Of a stretch of 40,000 nt of DNA, positions 8,276 to 17,628 are shown one piece after another (positions within the stretch are counted from its first letter, which is position 1; the number at the start of each line of letters is the position of its first letter). Position numbers and translations under genes: made by a program. The notes beneath the pieces were generated by a model. That model did no database searches. It was not told where the DNA came from and saw nothing but the letters and a program-made list of their open reading frames with translations. Source of the stretch: an uncultured Solirubrobacterales bacterium (GTDB lineage Bacteria; Actinomycetota; Thermoleophilia; Solirubrobacterales; 70-9); contig CAWHKY010000002.1 in NCBI GenBank assembly GCA_963830135.1, positions 1,056,872 through 1,096,871 on the forward strand, read 5' to 3'.

Positions 8276-8359
8276 GCGGCTGTGGCGGAACTGGTAGACG
8301 CGCACGGTTCAGGTCCGTGTGGGCGAAAGCTCGTGAAGGTTCGACTCCTTTCAGCCGCA
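8276..8359 (+). tRNA. tRNA-Leu (anticodon CAG), long variable arm
   Basis: In GCGGCTGTGGCGGAACTGGTAGACGCGCACGGTTCAGGTCCGTGTGGGCGAAAGCTCGTGAAGGTTCGACTCCTTTCAGCCGCA the acceptor GCGGCTG pairs with CAGCCGC. The anticodon stem is CACGG/CCGTG with loop TTCAGGT, and the T-loop is GGTTCGACTCC. Confidence 0.9.
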
Positions 8360-8391
8360 TTCCTGAGCGGCCGGAGCTGGGTGCTTGGCGC

Positions 8392-9306
8392 TCAGGCCGG
8401 CTGCTTGGCCGCCACGCCCTCGGCGCGGGCGGCGTTGGTGGCGACCGCCTCGACCACCTCGGGCCAGACCGCGCGGGGCAGGTCGTGGCCCATGCCGTCG
8501 ATCATCCGCAGGCGGGCGCCGGGGATGGCGCGGGCGGTGGCACGGCCGCCGGCGGGGCGAACGAGGACGTCGCGGCTGCCGTGGATCACGGTCGTCGGCA
8601 CGTCGACGCCGCGTAGGGCCTGGGTGCGGTCGCCGGAGGCGGTGATCGCGTGCAGCTGGCGCAGCACGCCGGCGATGCTGTGGCCGCGGTCGTAGGAGCG
8701 GCCGGCGACGTCGCGGACCCGCTCCTCGTCGAAGGGGAATCCGGGCGAGCCGATCACGCCGAAAGTCTTGACGCCGCGCTCGACGACGGCATCGCGACCC
8801 TTGGGCGGCGTACCGAGCAGGACGCCCATCGCCTTGTAGCTGGGCAGGCCGACCCAGCGGCTGCCGGTCGTCGACATCATCGAGACCATCGAGCGCAGGC
8901 GCTCGGGGGTCTCGATCGCCATGGCCTGGACGATCATCCCGCCCATCGAGACGCCGAAAACGTGGGCGGAGTCGAAACCGAGGTGGTCCATCAGCCCGGT
9001 CGTGTCGCGCGCCATGTCGCGCAGCAGGTAGGGCGCGGTGGCGCGGCGGCCGGCCATCATGTCGATCCGGCTCGGCAGGCCTGCGGACTCGATCTTGGTC
9101 GAGCGGCCGATGTCGCGGTTGTCGAAGCGGACGACGCGGAAGCCGCGGTCGACGAGCAGCGAGCAGAACTCCTCATCCCAGGCGATCATCTGCGTCGCCA
9201 GGCCCATCACCAGGATCAGCGGCTCGCCGTCCGGGTCCCCCATCTCCTGGTAGGCGAGCTCGATCCCGTTGGCCGGGGCCATCTGTTCCTCGCCGAACGC
9301 GTGCAT
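8392..9306 (-). CDS. alpha/beta-fold hydrolase
   Basis: 304 aa with LILVMGLATQ, RVVRFDNRDIGRS, the nucleophile elbow GVSMGG and a C-terminal GMGHD. Confidence 0.85.
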   Translation of the reverse strand: MHAFGEEQMAPANGIELAYQEMGDPDGEPLILVMGLATQMIAWDEEFCSLLVDRGFRVVRFDNRDIGRSTKIESAGLPSRIDMMAGRRATAPYLLRDMARDTTGLMDHLGFDSAHVFGVSMGGMIVQAMAIETPERLRSMVSMMSTTGSRWVGLPSYKAMGVLLGTPPKGRDAVVERGVKTFGVIGSPGFPFDEERVRDVAGRSYDRGHSIAGVLRQLHAITASGDRTQALRGVDVPTTVIHGSRDVLVRPAGGRATARAIPGARLRMIDGMGHDLPRAVWPEVVEAVATNAARAEGVAAKQPA

Positions 9307-9351
9307 CCGGGCAGTCTACCGGCCCGACTGGCTGCCTGGCCAGGATCCGGG

Positions 9352-9391
9352 TTGGCGACTTATGCGCGCAGCTACGCGCATAAGTCGCCAA
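9352..9391. promoter_or_regulatory. perfect 17-6-17 palindrome TTGGCGACTTATGCGCG-cagcta-CGCGCATAAGTCGCCAA in a divergent intergenic region
   Basis: Verified base by base. It lies between the minus-strand hydrolase start (9306) and the plus-strand phosphoesterase start (9406/9412). Confidence 0.5.
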
Positions 9392-9405
9392 GCGTCGAGT
9401 AAAAG

Positions 9406-10524
9406 GTGGGGATGCGGACGGCGATCATCTCCGACCTCCACCTCAGCCTCGCCAGCGGCGGCGACGTGCTGCGCGACCCCGGCGTGCGCCGCATCCTGCT
9501 GGAGGAGATCGGCGATGCCGACCGGGTCGTCCTGCTCGGCGACGTGGTCGAGTTCCGCGAGCGGCCGCTCGGCGCTTCGCTTGAGGCCGCCCGCCCGTTC
9601 TTCGAGGATCTCGGCGCCGCACTCGGCGACCGCGAGGTGACGATCGTCCCCGGCAACCATGACCACCGCCTTGCCGAGCCGCTGCTCGACGACCTCTCGC
9701 TCGACGGCGGCGCCCTCGGCCTCGAGCACGGCCACGACCCCTCCCCCGGCCCGACCGCCGCGATCGACGCCTGGCTCGGGCCGGCGCGACTGCGGATCGC
9801 CTACCCCGGCATCTGGCTGCGCGATGACGTCTACGCCACCCACGGCCATTACATGGACCCGCACCTCAACCTGCCGCGGGCCGAATGCATCGCCACGGCG
9901 ACCCTGATCCGGCTCTCCCGGAAGCTCCCCGAGCAGGCGACTCCGGCCGACTACGAGCGGGTTCTGCGGCCGATCTACGGCTTCGCTTACGGCGTCGCCC
10001 AGGCGCGCTCGGCCCGACCCAGGCGCGACCGCACCGCCCCGTCGGAGGTCGCCTGGAAGGTCCTCAGCGGCGATGACGACGGCCTCGATCGGCGCCGCCG
10101 CCTGACCCGGTCGGCGCTGCGCAACGGCTTCCCGGCCGGCATCTGGGCGCTCAACCGACTGCTCGACGCCGAGTTCCAGTCCGACATCTCGGCCGCGGCG
10201 ATCTTCCGCAGCGGCGTCGCCGGCGCGTCCGAGATGGCCCGGCGGCTGGGGGTCGACGGCGCCCATGTGATCACCGGCCACTCACATCGCGGCGGCCCGC
10301 TGGCGGAGGAAGCGGAGTGGCCGCTGCCCGGCGGCGGCAAGCTCCACAACACCGGCAGCTGGGTCTTCTCCTCCGCCTTCCACCTGCCCGGCAAGCCGCC
10401 CAACTCCTACTGGCCGGGAACCGTCACCTGGGTCGAGGACGACCTCCCGCCGCGGCGCGTCCAGCTGCTGCTGGAGCGCTCGCACGCTGACCTGATGGAG
10501 CTCGTCGCCCGCTCAGCCGGCTAG
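9406..10524 (+). CDS. metallophosphoesterase (calcineurin-like)
   Basis: MRTAIISDLHL (DxH), LLGDVVE (GD) and VPGNHDH (GNH[DE]) motifs are present, with HGH and GHSH further on. 372 aa. Confidence 0.8.
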   Translation: MGMRTAIISDLHLSLASGGDVLRDPGVRRILLEEIGDADRVVLLGDVVEFRERPLGASLEAARPFFEDLGAALGDREVTIVPGNHDHRLAEPLLDDLSLDGGALGLEHGHDPSPGPTAAIDAWLGPARLRIAYPGIWLRDDVYATHGHYMDPHLNLPRAECIATATLIRLSRKLPEQATPADYERVLRPIYGFAYGVAQARSARPRRDRTAPSEVAWKVLSGDDDGLDRRRRLTRSALRNGFPAGIWALNRLLDAEFQSDISAAAIFRSGVAGASEMARRLGVDGAHVITGHSHRGGPLAEEAEWPLPGGGKLHNTGSWVFSSAFHLPGKPPNSYWPGTVTWVEDDLPPRRVQLLLERSHADLMELVARSAG

Positions 10525-11402
10525 GCCTGGAGCCACTCGGCGATGATCGCGCCGATCTCCGGCCCGGCGTCCTCCTGGAGGAAATGCGAGGCGTTGGCGA
10601 TCGCCCGCGGCGGCGTCAGGTTGAGCTCCCTGGAGACCCGCTCGCCGACCGAGAAGGGCAGGATCGGGTCGGAGTCGGCCCAGAGGACGAGGGAGGGGCG
10701 ATCGTCGTCGCGCAGGCCATCGGCGACGCGTTTGCCCTCGGCCGCGCCGATCGCGTCGGGGGTCGTCGGCAGGATCAGCGGGAAGGCGCGGGCGCCGGCC
10801 TTCGAGGGCCCGTCCATATAAGGAGCTTCGTAGGCGGCGACCACCTCGTCGCCGGGGTCGCTCTTGCAACCGCCCCGGACCAGCATCCCGATCGGCACGT
10901 CCTCGTTGTCGCGGACGAAGTCGCGGAAGGCGAACCAGGCGTCGCTCATCCGCTGGTGGCCGGTGAACGGGCCGGTCTCCATGATCACGATCCTGGCGAT
11001 CCGGTCCGGGTGCTCGACCGCCAGCCGCAACCCGATCGGACCGCCCCAGTCATGGACGACGACGGTCGCGTCCCGCAGGTCGAGTTCGTCGAGCAGGGCC
11101 GCCATCAGCGCGACGTGGCGGTCGTAGGTGTACCAGCCAATCTCGGTCGGCTTGTCGGAGCGGCCGAAGCCGGCGTAGTCGGGGGCGATGCAGCGGAAGC
11201 CGGCGTCGCGGACCGGCGGGATCACCTTGCGCCAGAGGTACGACCAGGTCGGCTCGCCGTGGAAGAAGACGACCGGCTTGCCCTCCCCCTCGTCGAGGTG
11301 GGCCAGCCGCAGCCCGTCGACCTCCCGGTAGGTCGACGCGAACGGGTAGTCGGGTAGCCCCTCCAGCCGCTCCTCAGGCGTGCGAACTGCCTCCGTTCCC
11401 AT
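10521..11402 (-). CDS. haloalkane dehalogenase-type alpha/beta hydrolase
   Basis: 293 aa. YREVDGLRLAHLDEGEGKPVVFFHGEPTWSYLWRKVIP...FGRSDKP...VVVHDWGGPIGL shows an Asp nucleophile followed by Trp, and ...NASHFLQED supplies the histidine. The pattern is HLD-like. Confidence 0.75.
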   Translation of the reverse strand: MGTEAVRTPEERLEGLPDYPFASTYREVDGLRLAHLDEGEGKPVVFFHGEPTWSYLWRKVIPPVRDAGFRCIAPDYAGFGRSDKPTEIGWYTYDRHVALMAALLDELDLRDATVVVHDWGGPIGLRLAVEHPDRIARIVIMETGPFTGHQRMSDAWFAFRDFVRDNEDVPIGMLVRGGCKSDPGDEVVAAYEAPYMDGPSKAGARAFPLILPTTPDAIGAAEGKRVADGLRDDDRPSLVLWADSDPILPFSVGERVSRELNLTPPRAIANASHFLQEDAGPEIGAIIAEWLQA

Positions 11403-11520
11403 GGGCCGGAGTCTAGTTCCAACAATCCGGATCCGAATTTCCTACTTTGCTGATCAACTTTATGCTAGCGTGGCGCCTTCATTTTAGAAGTAAGTCAGTC
11501 GACAAAGAAAGGAAACATAG

Positions 11521-12585
11521 ATGCGGAACGCTCGCAAGACCCGGCGGCGCAGCGTGACGGTCGGCCTCACGGCCGCCCTGTTCACGCTGCTGGTCGCGCT
11601 CGTCGTCGCCGGCTGCGGAGGCAGCGGTGGCAGTTCAGGCTCAAGCTCTGGCTCCAGCAGTTCGGGAGGCGCCAAGCTCGACGTGGTCGGCTACTCGACT
11701 CCTGAATCCGTCTACGCCGAAACGCTCGAGCCGGCTTTTGCAGCAACGCCGGCGGGCGAAGGCGTCAGCTTCAGCAACTCCTTCGGCGCCTCGGGCGATC
11801 AGAGCCGCGCGGTCGTCGCCGGTCAGCCCGCATCGGTGGTCCACTTCTCCCAGGCCGGGGATATGGAACGACTGGTCGACGAAGGCGAAATCGTCTCCAA
11901 GGACTGGGACAAGGGTCAGTACAAGGGGATCGCGACCGACTCGGTCGTCGTGATGCTCGTCAAGAAGGGCAACCCGCTCGGGCTCAAATCCTTCAAGGAC
12001 CTCGAGACCAACGACGAAGCCGAAGTGGTCACCCCGAACCCGTTCAGCTCCGGCTCGGCCCGCTGGAACATCATGGCCATCTACGGCAGCGCGCTCGAAG
12101 AAGGCGCTTCGCCCGACCAAGCCCTGGAAGCGGTCAAGACGGTGCTGGAAAAGACCGTCGCCCAGCCGGGCAGCGGCCGCGACGCGTTCTCGGCCTTCAG
12201 CCAGGGCGAGGGCAACGTGCTCCTCACCTACGAGAACGAAGCGATCAAGGCCGAAAAGGAAGGCGAAGACGTCGAATACGTCATCCCGCCCTCGACGATC
12301 CAGATCGAAACCCCGATCGCGGTCACCAAAGGTGCCTCGGAGCCCGCGGCGGAAGACTTCCTCAACTTCCTCTGGTCAGACGAAGGCCAGGAACTGTGGG
12401 CTGAAAACGGCTACCGCCCAGCCAACCCGAATCTGGTCGACCCAAAGCAGTTCCCGACCCCCGCGAAGCTCTTCACGATCGACAAGTTCGGCGGCTGGAG
12501 CAAGGTCAAGGATGAGTTCTTCGACGAAGAAACGGGGTCGGTCGCCAAGATCGAGTCCGAACTCGGGGTCGCCACCTCAGGCTGA
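11521..12585 (+). CDS. subI: sulfate/thiosulfate ABC transporter substrate-binding lipoprotein
   Basis: 354 aa with the lipobox VVAGCGG, a Gly/Ser linker and sulfate-binding-protein-like motifs (FSNSFGASGDQSRAV, NPFSSGSARWNIMAIYG). It is the first gene of a four-gene operon. An AT-rich promoter region and a GGAAA RBS lie upstream. Confidence 0.9.
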   Translation: MRNARKTRRRSVTVGLTAALFTLLVALVVAGCGGSGGSSGSSSGSSSSGGAKLDVVGYSTPESVYAETLEPAFAATPAGEGVSFSNSFGASGDQSRAVVAGQPASVVHFSQAGDMERLVDEGEIVSKDWDKGQYKGIATDSVVVMLVKKGNPLGLKSFKDLETNDEAEVVTPNPFSSGSARWNIMAIYGSALEEGASPDQALEAVKTVLEKTVAQPGSGRDAFSAFSQGEGNVLLTYENEAIKAEKEGEDVEYVIPPSTIQIETPIAVTKGASEPAAEDFLNFLWSDEGQELWAENGYRPANPNLVDPKQFPTPAKLFTIDKFGGWSKVKDEFFDEETGSVAKIESELGVATSG

Positions 12586-12588
12586 TCG

Positions 12589-13512
12589 ATGGAGGCTCAC
12601 GCTGCATCACACCCGGCAACCCCCCGCGCCCCCCGGGCAGGCATCCGCCTGCCCGGGGTCGGCGCCGGCCTTGGCAGGGGCGTAGTCCTCCTCTACCTCA
12701 GCGTCTTCGTCCTGCTGCCGCTGGCGGCGCTGACCAACCAAGCCTTCAGCGAAGGGCTCGGCACGTTCTGGACTCAGGTCACCGCTCCGGGCTCCGTCGC
12801 CGCGCTCGAACTGACCCTGATCGCCTCGCTGATCGTCGTCATCATCAACGGCTTCTTCGGCACGATCCTCGCCTGGCTCCTGGTCCGCGACAACTTCCCG
12901 GGCAAGGGGATCGTCAATGCCGTCATCGACCTCCCCTTCGCCCTGCCGACGATCGTCGCCAGCCTGATCCTGATCGAGCTCTGGGGCAAGCACAGCCCGG
13001 TCGGGATCGACATCTCGCTGAGCCGGACCGCGGTTGTCGTGGCGCTGATGTTCGTCACCCTCCCCTTCGTCGTCCGCGCCGTGCAGCCACTCCTGATCGA
13101 GATGGACCGCGAGATGGAGGAGGCGGCCGCCTCGCTCGGCGCGGGCGGCTTCACGATCTTCCGCCGGATCATCTTCCCCAACCTGCTGCCGGGGCTTGCC
13201 GCCGGCATCGCCCTCGCCTTCGCCCGCGCTCTTGGCGAGTTCGGCTCGGTCCTGCTCTTCGCCGGTGGCCTCGCCGACACCCAGGTCTCCTCCGTCTACA
13301 TCAAGCAGCTGATCGAATCCGGCAACGAAGTCGGCGCCGCGGCGGTCTCCATCGTTCTGCTGGTCGCCGCGCTGGTTGTCCTGCTGATCGTCAGCCTGAT
13401 CCAGCGCTGGGGCAGCCGCCACCAGCGCTCCCAGGGCGGCGGTTTGACGAACATGCCGATGAGCGGCTTCGAGCCTGCCGCCCCGCGAAAGGACGACGAT
13501 GAGCGCGCATAG
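12589..13512 (+). CDS. cysT: sulfate ABC transporter permease CysT
   Basis: 307 aa, polytopic, with an EAA-type loop (EEAAASLGAGGFTIFRRIIFPNL). Position in the operon supports the call. Confidence 0.9.
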   Translation: MEAHAASHPATPRAPRAGIRLPGVGAGLGRGVVLLYLSVFVLLPLAALTNQAFSEGLGTFWTQVTAPGSVAALELTLIASLIVVIINGFFGTILAWLLVRDNFPGKGIVNAVIDLPFALPTIVASLILIELWGKHSPVGIDISLSRTAVVVALMFVTLPFVVRAVQPLLIEMDREMEEAAASLGAGGFTIFRRIIFPNLLPGLAAGIALAFARALGEFGSVLLFAGGLADTQVSSVYIKQLIESGNEVGAAAVSIVLLVAALVVLLIVSLIQRWGSRHQRSQGGGLTNMPMSGFEPAAPRKDDDERA

Positions 13513-14308
13513 CGGCGCCACCGGCCGCTGGGGTCTGCGCTTCCTCGGCCTCGGCTACGTCTTCCTGCTGCTCCTGGCGCCGCTGGCGCTGATCTTCTAC
13601 AAAACCTTCGAAGACGGCATCGCGCCGCCGATCGAAGCGATCACCTCGCCCGACGGTCTGCACGCGCTGAAGCTGACGCTGCTGATGGTCGTGATCGCGG
13701 TGCCGCTGAACACGGTCTTCGGCGTTCTCTGCGCCCTGCTCCTGGTCCGCCACCGGGTCCGCGGCAGCGCCCTGATCGACGCGGTGATCAACCTCCCTTT
13801 CGCGATCTCCCCGATCGTCATCGGGCTTTCCCTGTTCCTCCTCTACGGCACCCACGGCTGGCTCGAACCGGCCCTCTCGGAAGCCGGCATCAAGGCTCTC
13901 TTCTCGATCCCCGGGATGGTGATCGCCAGCATCTTCGTCTCCCTTCCGTTCGTGGTCCGCGAGACGGTGCCGGTGCTACAGGAGATCGGCACCGAGCAGG
14001 AGCAGGCCGCCCAGACCCTCGGCGCCAACGCCTGGCAGACGTTCTGGCGGGTGACCCTGCCGGCGATCCGCTGGGGCGTCGCCTACGGCGTCGTCCTCAC
14101 CACCGCCCGCGTGCTGGGCGAGTTCGGTGCCGTCTCCGTCGTCTCCGGCCACATCTCCGGCCAGACCCAGACGCTGCCGCTGTTTGTCGCCAAGCAGTAC
14201 GACGAGTTCAACCTTCCAGGCGCATTCGGCGCCTCGGTCCTGCTGGCCCTGCTGGCCTTGATGACCCTTCTCGCAATGAACGTGCTCAAACGAAATGAGG
14301 ACGCCTGA
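13499..14308 (+). CDS. cysW: sulfate ABC transporter permease CysW
   Basis: 269 aa with an EAA loop ([23 protein letters not shown]). It overlaps cysT by 14 nt. Confidence 0.9.
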   Translation: MSAHSGATGRWGLRFLGLGYVFLLLLAPLALIFYKTFEDGIAPPIEAITSPDGLHALKLTLLMVVIAVPLNTVFGVLCALLLVRHRVRGSALIDAVINLPFAISPIVIGLSLFLLYGTHGWLEPALSEAGIKALFSIPGMVIASIFVSLPFVVRETVPVLQEIGTEQEQAAQTLGANAWQTFWRVTLPAIRWGVAYGVVLTTARVLGEFGAVSVVSGHISGQTQTLPLFVAKQYDEFNLPGAFGASVLLALLALMTLLAMNVLKRNEDA

Positions 14309-15345
14309 TGGGCATCTCAGTCGAGCGAGCCAACAAGAGCTTCGGGGACTTTCGGGCGCTTGACGACGTTTCCATCGAGGTCCCGGACGGGTCCCTCACC
14401 GCCCTGCTCGGTCCGAGCGGGAGCGGCAAGTCGACCCTGCTGCGGGCGATCGCCGGGCTCGAGGCGCTGGACGGCGGCCGTGTCCTGATCGACGGCGAGG
14501 ACGTCTCGACGAAGCCGACCCAGAAGCGCGAAGTGGGGTTCGTCTTCCAGCACTACGCCGCCTTCAAGCACATGACCGTGTTCGAGAACGTCGGCTTCGG
14601 GCTGAAGATCCGCAAGGAGAAGAAGGCGAAGATCGCCGACCAAGTCCACGAGCTGCTGGACCTGGTTCAGCTGCACGGGCTCGCCGACCGCTATCCCTCC
14701 CAGCTCTCCGGCGGTCAGCGCCAGCGCATGGCCCTGGCCCGGGCGCTGGCGGTCGAGCCGCAGGTGCTGCTGCTCGACGAGCCCTTCGGGGCGCTCGACG
14801 CCAAGGTCCGTAAAGACCTGCGCGCCTGGCTGCGCCGCCTTCACGACGAGATGCACGTGACGACGATCTTCGTCACCCACGACCAGGAGGAGGCGATGGA
14901 CGTCGCCGAGCAGCTGGTGGTGATGAACCAGGGCCGAGTGGAGCAGTCCGGCAGCGCCGACGACCTCTACGAGGATCCCGCCAACGAGTTCGTGATGAGC
15001 TTCGTCGGCGAGGTCAACCGGCTCGGCGACAGCTACGTGCGCCCGCACGACATCGAGGTCGTGCTCGACGCCGACGAGAGCACCGAGGAGGGGCTGGTCA
15101 AGCGGATCGTCGCCCTCGGCTTCGAGATCCGGATCGAGCTCGTGCTCGGCGACGGCACCGAGGTCTGGGCGCAGCTGACCCGCAACGAGCTGCAACGACT
15201 GGAACTGCGCGAGGGCCAGATCGCCTACCTCCGCCCCAGCCAGGCCAAGAGCTTCAACGGTTCGACGCCGGACTCCACCGATGGGGCCTCGACTCCCCAT
15301 CGACCCGAGGACGACGACGACGCAGAGGTATCTGCAGCCGTTTGA
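14308..15345 (+). CDS. cysA: sulfate ABC transporter ATP-binding protein CysA
   Basis: 345 aa with Walker [10 protein letters not shown], signature LSGGQRQR, Walker B LLLDEP and a C-terminal TOBE-like regulatory domain. The start overlaps the cysW stop (ATGA-type). Confidence 0.9.
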   Translation: MGISVERANKSFGDFRALDDVSIEVPDGSLTALLGPSGSGKSTLLRAIAGLEALDGGRVLIDGEDVSTKPTQKREVGFVFQHYAAFKHMTVFENVGFGLKIRKEKKAKIADQVHELLDLVQLHGLADRYPSQLSGGQRQRMALARALAVEPQVLLLDEPFGALDAKVRKDLRAWLRRLHDEMHVTTIFVTHDQEEAMDVAEQLVVMNQGRVEQSGSADDLYEDPANEFVMSFVGEVNRLGDSYVRPHDIEVVLDADESTEEGLVKRIVALGFEIRIELVLGDGTEVWAQLTRNELQRLELREGQIAYLRPSQAKSFNGSTPDSTDGASTPHRPEDDDDAEVSAAV

Positions 15346-15355
15346 AGAGGCGACG

Positions 15356-15392
15356 GGCGGGGGCGCGCTTTTTGCCGGGTAGCGCCCCCGCC
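15356..15392 (+). terminator. GC-rich hairpin 11 nt after the cysA stop (stem GGCGGGGGCGC / GCGCCCCCGCC)
   Basis: The 11-bp perfect stem was read from the sequence. No clear U-tract follows, which is common for high-GC actinobacterial terminators. Confidence 0.5.
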
Positions 15393-15430
15393 TCCCTCCG
15401 CCGCCGCACCCCGCCTTCCGGCGAACCGAA

Positions 15431-15467
15431 GCTGTCCTTTGTAGCCCAGAGGGCGACAAAGGACAGC
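15431..15467. other. 12-bp perfect hairpin GCTGTCCTTTGT-(13 nt)-ACAAAGGACAGC in the cysA-greA spacer
   Basis: Read directly. It is flanked by TTCCG/CGGAA, which could extend the stem. Confidence 0.4.
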
Positions 15468-15732
15468 CGGAACCCACCGGGTGCTATTCCTGAGTTAGTT
15501 ACTCGACAAACCCTGAAAACGAGCGGGGGATGAGCAAGCAAGCCTCCAACGCACGGGGGGTTAAAGCTCAGACACGCCCCGGGGTCTTGATCTTCCCAGT
15601 GCTCTGGCCGTCGACCAGGACCTGGACGGGACAGGCCAGGCTGGCGGCCGGGTTTCGCCGCGGTTCAGGTGCCCGTGCCAGACCCACCGGACCCGTGACA
15701 CACCGGCGACGTCTTTCTGGCAGGCTGGGCCT

Positions 15733-16218
15733 ATGAGCGCACCGGAGCAGACAGGCGAGCCGATCACCGCTGCGGGGATCGAGGATCTCAAGGCTGAACT
15801 TGCCCAGCTGGAAGGCCCGGCACGGCAGGAGATGGCGGCCCGGATCAAGGTCGCCCGCGAGGAGGGCGACCTCAAGGAGAACGCTGAGTACCACGTCGCC
15901 AAAGAGGATCAGGCGCACCTCGAGACGCGGATCAAGCGCCTGCAGGAGCGTCTCCATAACGCCGTCGTGGTCGAGGTCGACGCCACCACAGCCGACCGCT
16001 TCGCCTTTGGCCTCAGCGCCGAGATCCTCGACGAAGCCAAAGGTGCGACCAACGTCTGGACCCTGGTCGGCTCGACCGAGGCCAACCTCGCCGAAGGCCG
16101 GCTCTCGGCCGAGTCGCCAATCGGCCGCGCCCTGATGAACGCCAAGGTCGGCGCCACGGTCAACGTCGACACGCCCCGCGGGAAGAAAGCCTTCAAGGTC
16201 ATCAAGCTCGTCTCCTAG
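15733..16218 (+). CDS. greA: transcription elongation factor GreA
   Basis: 161 aa. An N-terminal coiled coil with GDLKENAEYHVAKEDQAHLETRIKRLQ and a C-terminal SAESPIGRALMNAKVGATV match GreA. Confidence 0.9.
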   Translation: MSAPEQTGEPITAAGIEDLKAELAQLEGPARQEMAARIKVAREEGDLKENAEYHVAKEDQAHLETRIKRLQERLHNAVVVEVDATTADRFAFGLSAEILDEAKGATNVWTLVGSTEANLAEGRLSAESPIGRALMNAKVGATVNVDTPRGKKAFKVIKLVS

Positions 16219-16320
16219 CCCCTCCGGGCGGCTTTGGTTCGAAATTCCCGGCTGCCGTCCCCGACACCGAATATCTTCTTTCCGTTTGGCTCCTGTCCAG
16301 TGCCAAGGAAAGGGTTACGC

Positions 16321-16695
16321 ATGAATGAAGAGGTTTCGATCAACGGCTGGTGGGTTTTCGCGGGGATCCTGCTGATCGTCGCGGGGATCCTCAACATCAT
16401 TTGGGGAATCGCCGCGATCGGCGACTCGAAGTTCTTCACCGAAAACGGCACCTACATCATCAGTGGCCTCCATACCTGGGGCTGGATCACTCTGATCCTC
16501 GGAGTTCTGGAGCTCGTGGCCGCCTTCTCGCTGTTCGCCGGCGGGGAGTTCGGGCGCTGGTTCGGCATCTTCGTCGGTGCCTTCAACGCGGTGGCGGCGC
16601 TGCTCTCGATCTCCGCCTACCCGTTCTGGGGCCTGGCGGTCTTCGCCCTCTCGATCATCATCGTCTACAAGCTGGCCGAGGGTCCGGAAGCGTAG
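16321..16695 (+). CDS. DUF308/HdeD-like small membrane protein
   Basis: The track ORF was trimmed to ATG 16321 (MNEEVSINGWWVFAGILLIVAGILNIIWGIAAI...). It has four hydrophobic helices with repeated G-I-L-x-I-x-G patterns. Confidence 0.6.
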   Translation: MNEEVSINGWWVFAGILLIVAGILNIIWGIAAIGDSKFFTENGTYIISGLHTWGWITLILGVLELVAAFSLFAGGEFGRWFGIFVGAFNAVAALLSISAYPFWGLAVFALSIIIVYKLAEGPEA

Positions 16696-16707
16696 CCCGA
16701 CCCCCTC

Positions 16708-17628
16708 GTGCTGAGGCTGCGGTCATCCGTCGACGCTGAGCGTGCGTCGCACTTCGGTGCGGCGCTGCGCCAGCTCGACGGGGTCAAGCGGATCGTCCAG
16801 CAGCCGAACGAGGAAAAGGGCCCGGCCTGCGTCGTCTTCGTCGCCGACGTCGAGCCCGCCGCCGCCGACCGCCTCGTCCTGGCGATCGCCGAGCTCGGCA
16901 TCTCGCTCGACGACTACATCCTCGAGCGGGTCGATGTCGTCGCCCCCGAACGCCGCCATCTGCAGGGAACGGGGGACATGGGCGGCTTCGCCTGGATCGA
17001 GGTGATGGGACAGGCTCGCGCCAACTCGCGGCCGCTGGCCCGCTACCTGGCGCTGATCAACGTCGCCGCCGTGATCGCCGCCCTCGGCGTGATCAAGAGC
17101 AGCTCGATCCTGATCGTCGGCGCGATGGCGGTCAGCCCCGACCTGCTGCCGATCTGCGCCACCTGCGTCGGCATCGTCGGCGGTCGCCGGGCGCTCGCCC
17201 AGCGCGCCTTCGTCACCCTGACCCTGGGCCTGACCCTGGTCGTGGTCACCGCCTGCGTGCTGACCGCGGCGCTGAAGTGGGTCGACCTGCTGCCCCAGAG
17301 CTTCACGATCGCGAGCAGCACCCTCAGCGGCCTCGCCCACACCGACTACTCGACGGTGCTGATCGCCCTGGCCGCCGGCATCGCGGCGATCCTCTCCTTC
17401 GAGACCCGCGCCGGCGCCGCGGTCGGCGTCGCGATCTCGGTGACGACGATCCCGGCCTCGGCCTACCTCGGGGTCGCGCTCGGCGCCGGCGGCAGCGACT
17501 CCGCCCTCGGGGCGCTGCTGGTGCTCGTCGTCAACGTCGGGCTGCTGATCCTCTCGGGCAGCATGACCCTGGTCCTGCAGCGCTGGCTGGCGGGCCGCAC
17601 GCGCGCCCCCGCCGAGGCGTCCGACTAG
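16708..17628 (+). CDS. DUF389 family membrane protein
   Basis: 306 aa. A soluble N-terminal domain is followed by a hydrophobic C-terminal domain (ILIVGAMAVSPDLLPICATCVGIVGGR...), typical of DUF389/TIGR00341. Confidence 0.7.
   Translation: MLRLRSSVDAERASHFGAALRQLDGVKRIVQQPNEEKGPACVVFVADVEPAAADRLVLAIAELGISLDDYILERVDVVAPERRHLQGTGDMGGFAWIEVMGQARANSRPLARYLALINVAAVIAALGVIKSSSILIVGAMAVSPDLLPICATCVGIVGGRRALAQRAFVTLTLGLTLVVVTACVLTAALKWVDLLPQSFTIASSTLSGLAHTDYSTVLIALAAGIAAILSFETRAGAAVGVAISVTTIPASAYLGVALGAGGSDSALGALLVLVVNVGLLILSGSMTLVLQRWLAGRTRAPAEASD

Noticed and set aside
10521-10524. CTAG tetranucleotide serving as overlapping stop codons for convergent genes (also at 17625-17628)
   Set aside because: It is real but trivial. 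TAG is self-complementary within CTAG, so convergent genes can share it. There is no evidence of regulatory meaning.
15530-15736. 68-aa ORF in the cysA-greA spacer
   Set aside because: The composition is poor (Arg/Gly/Pro-rich), no RBS is present, and it runs straight into the greA start. I treat the region as non-coding and possibly structured RNA.
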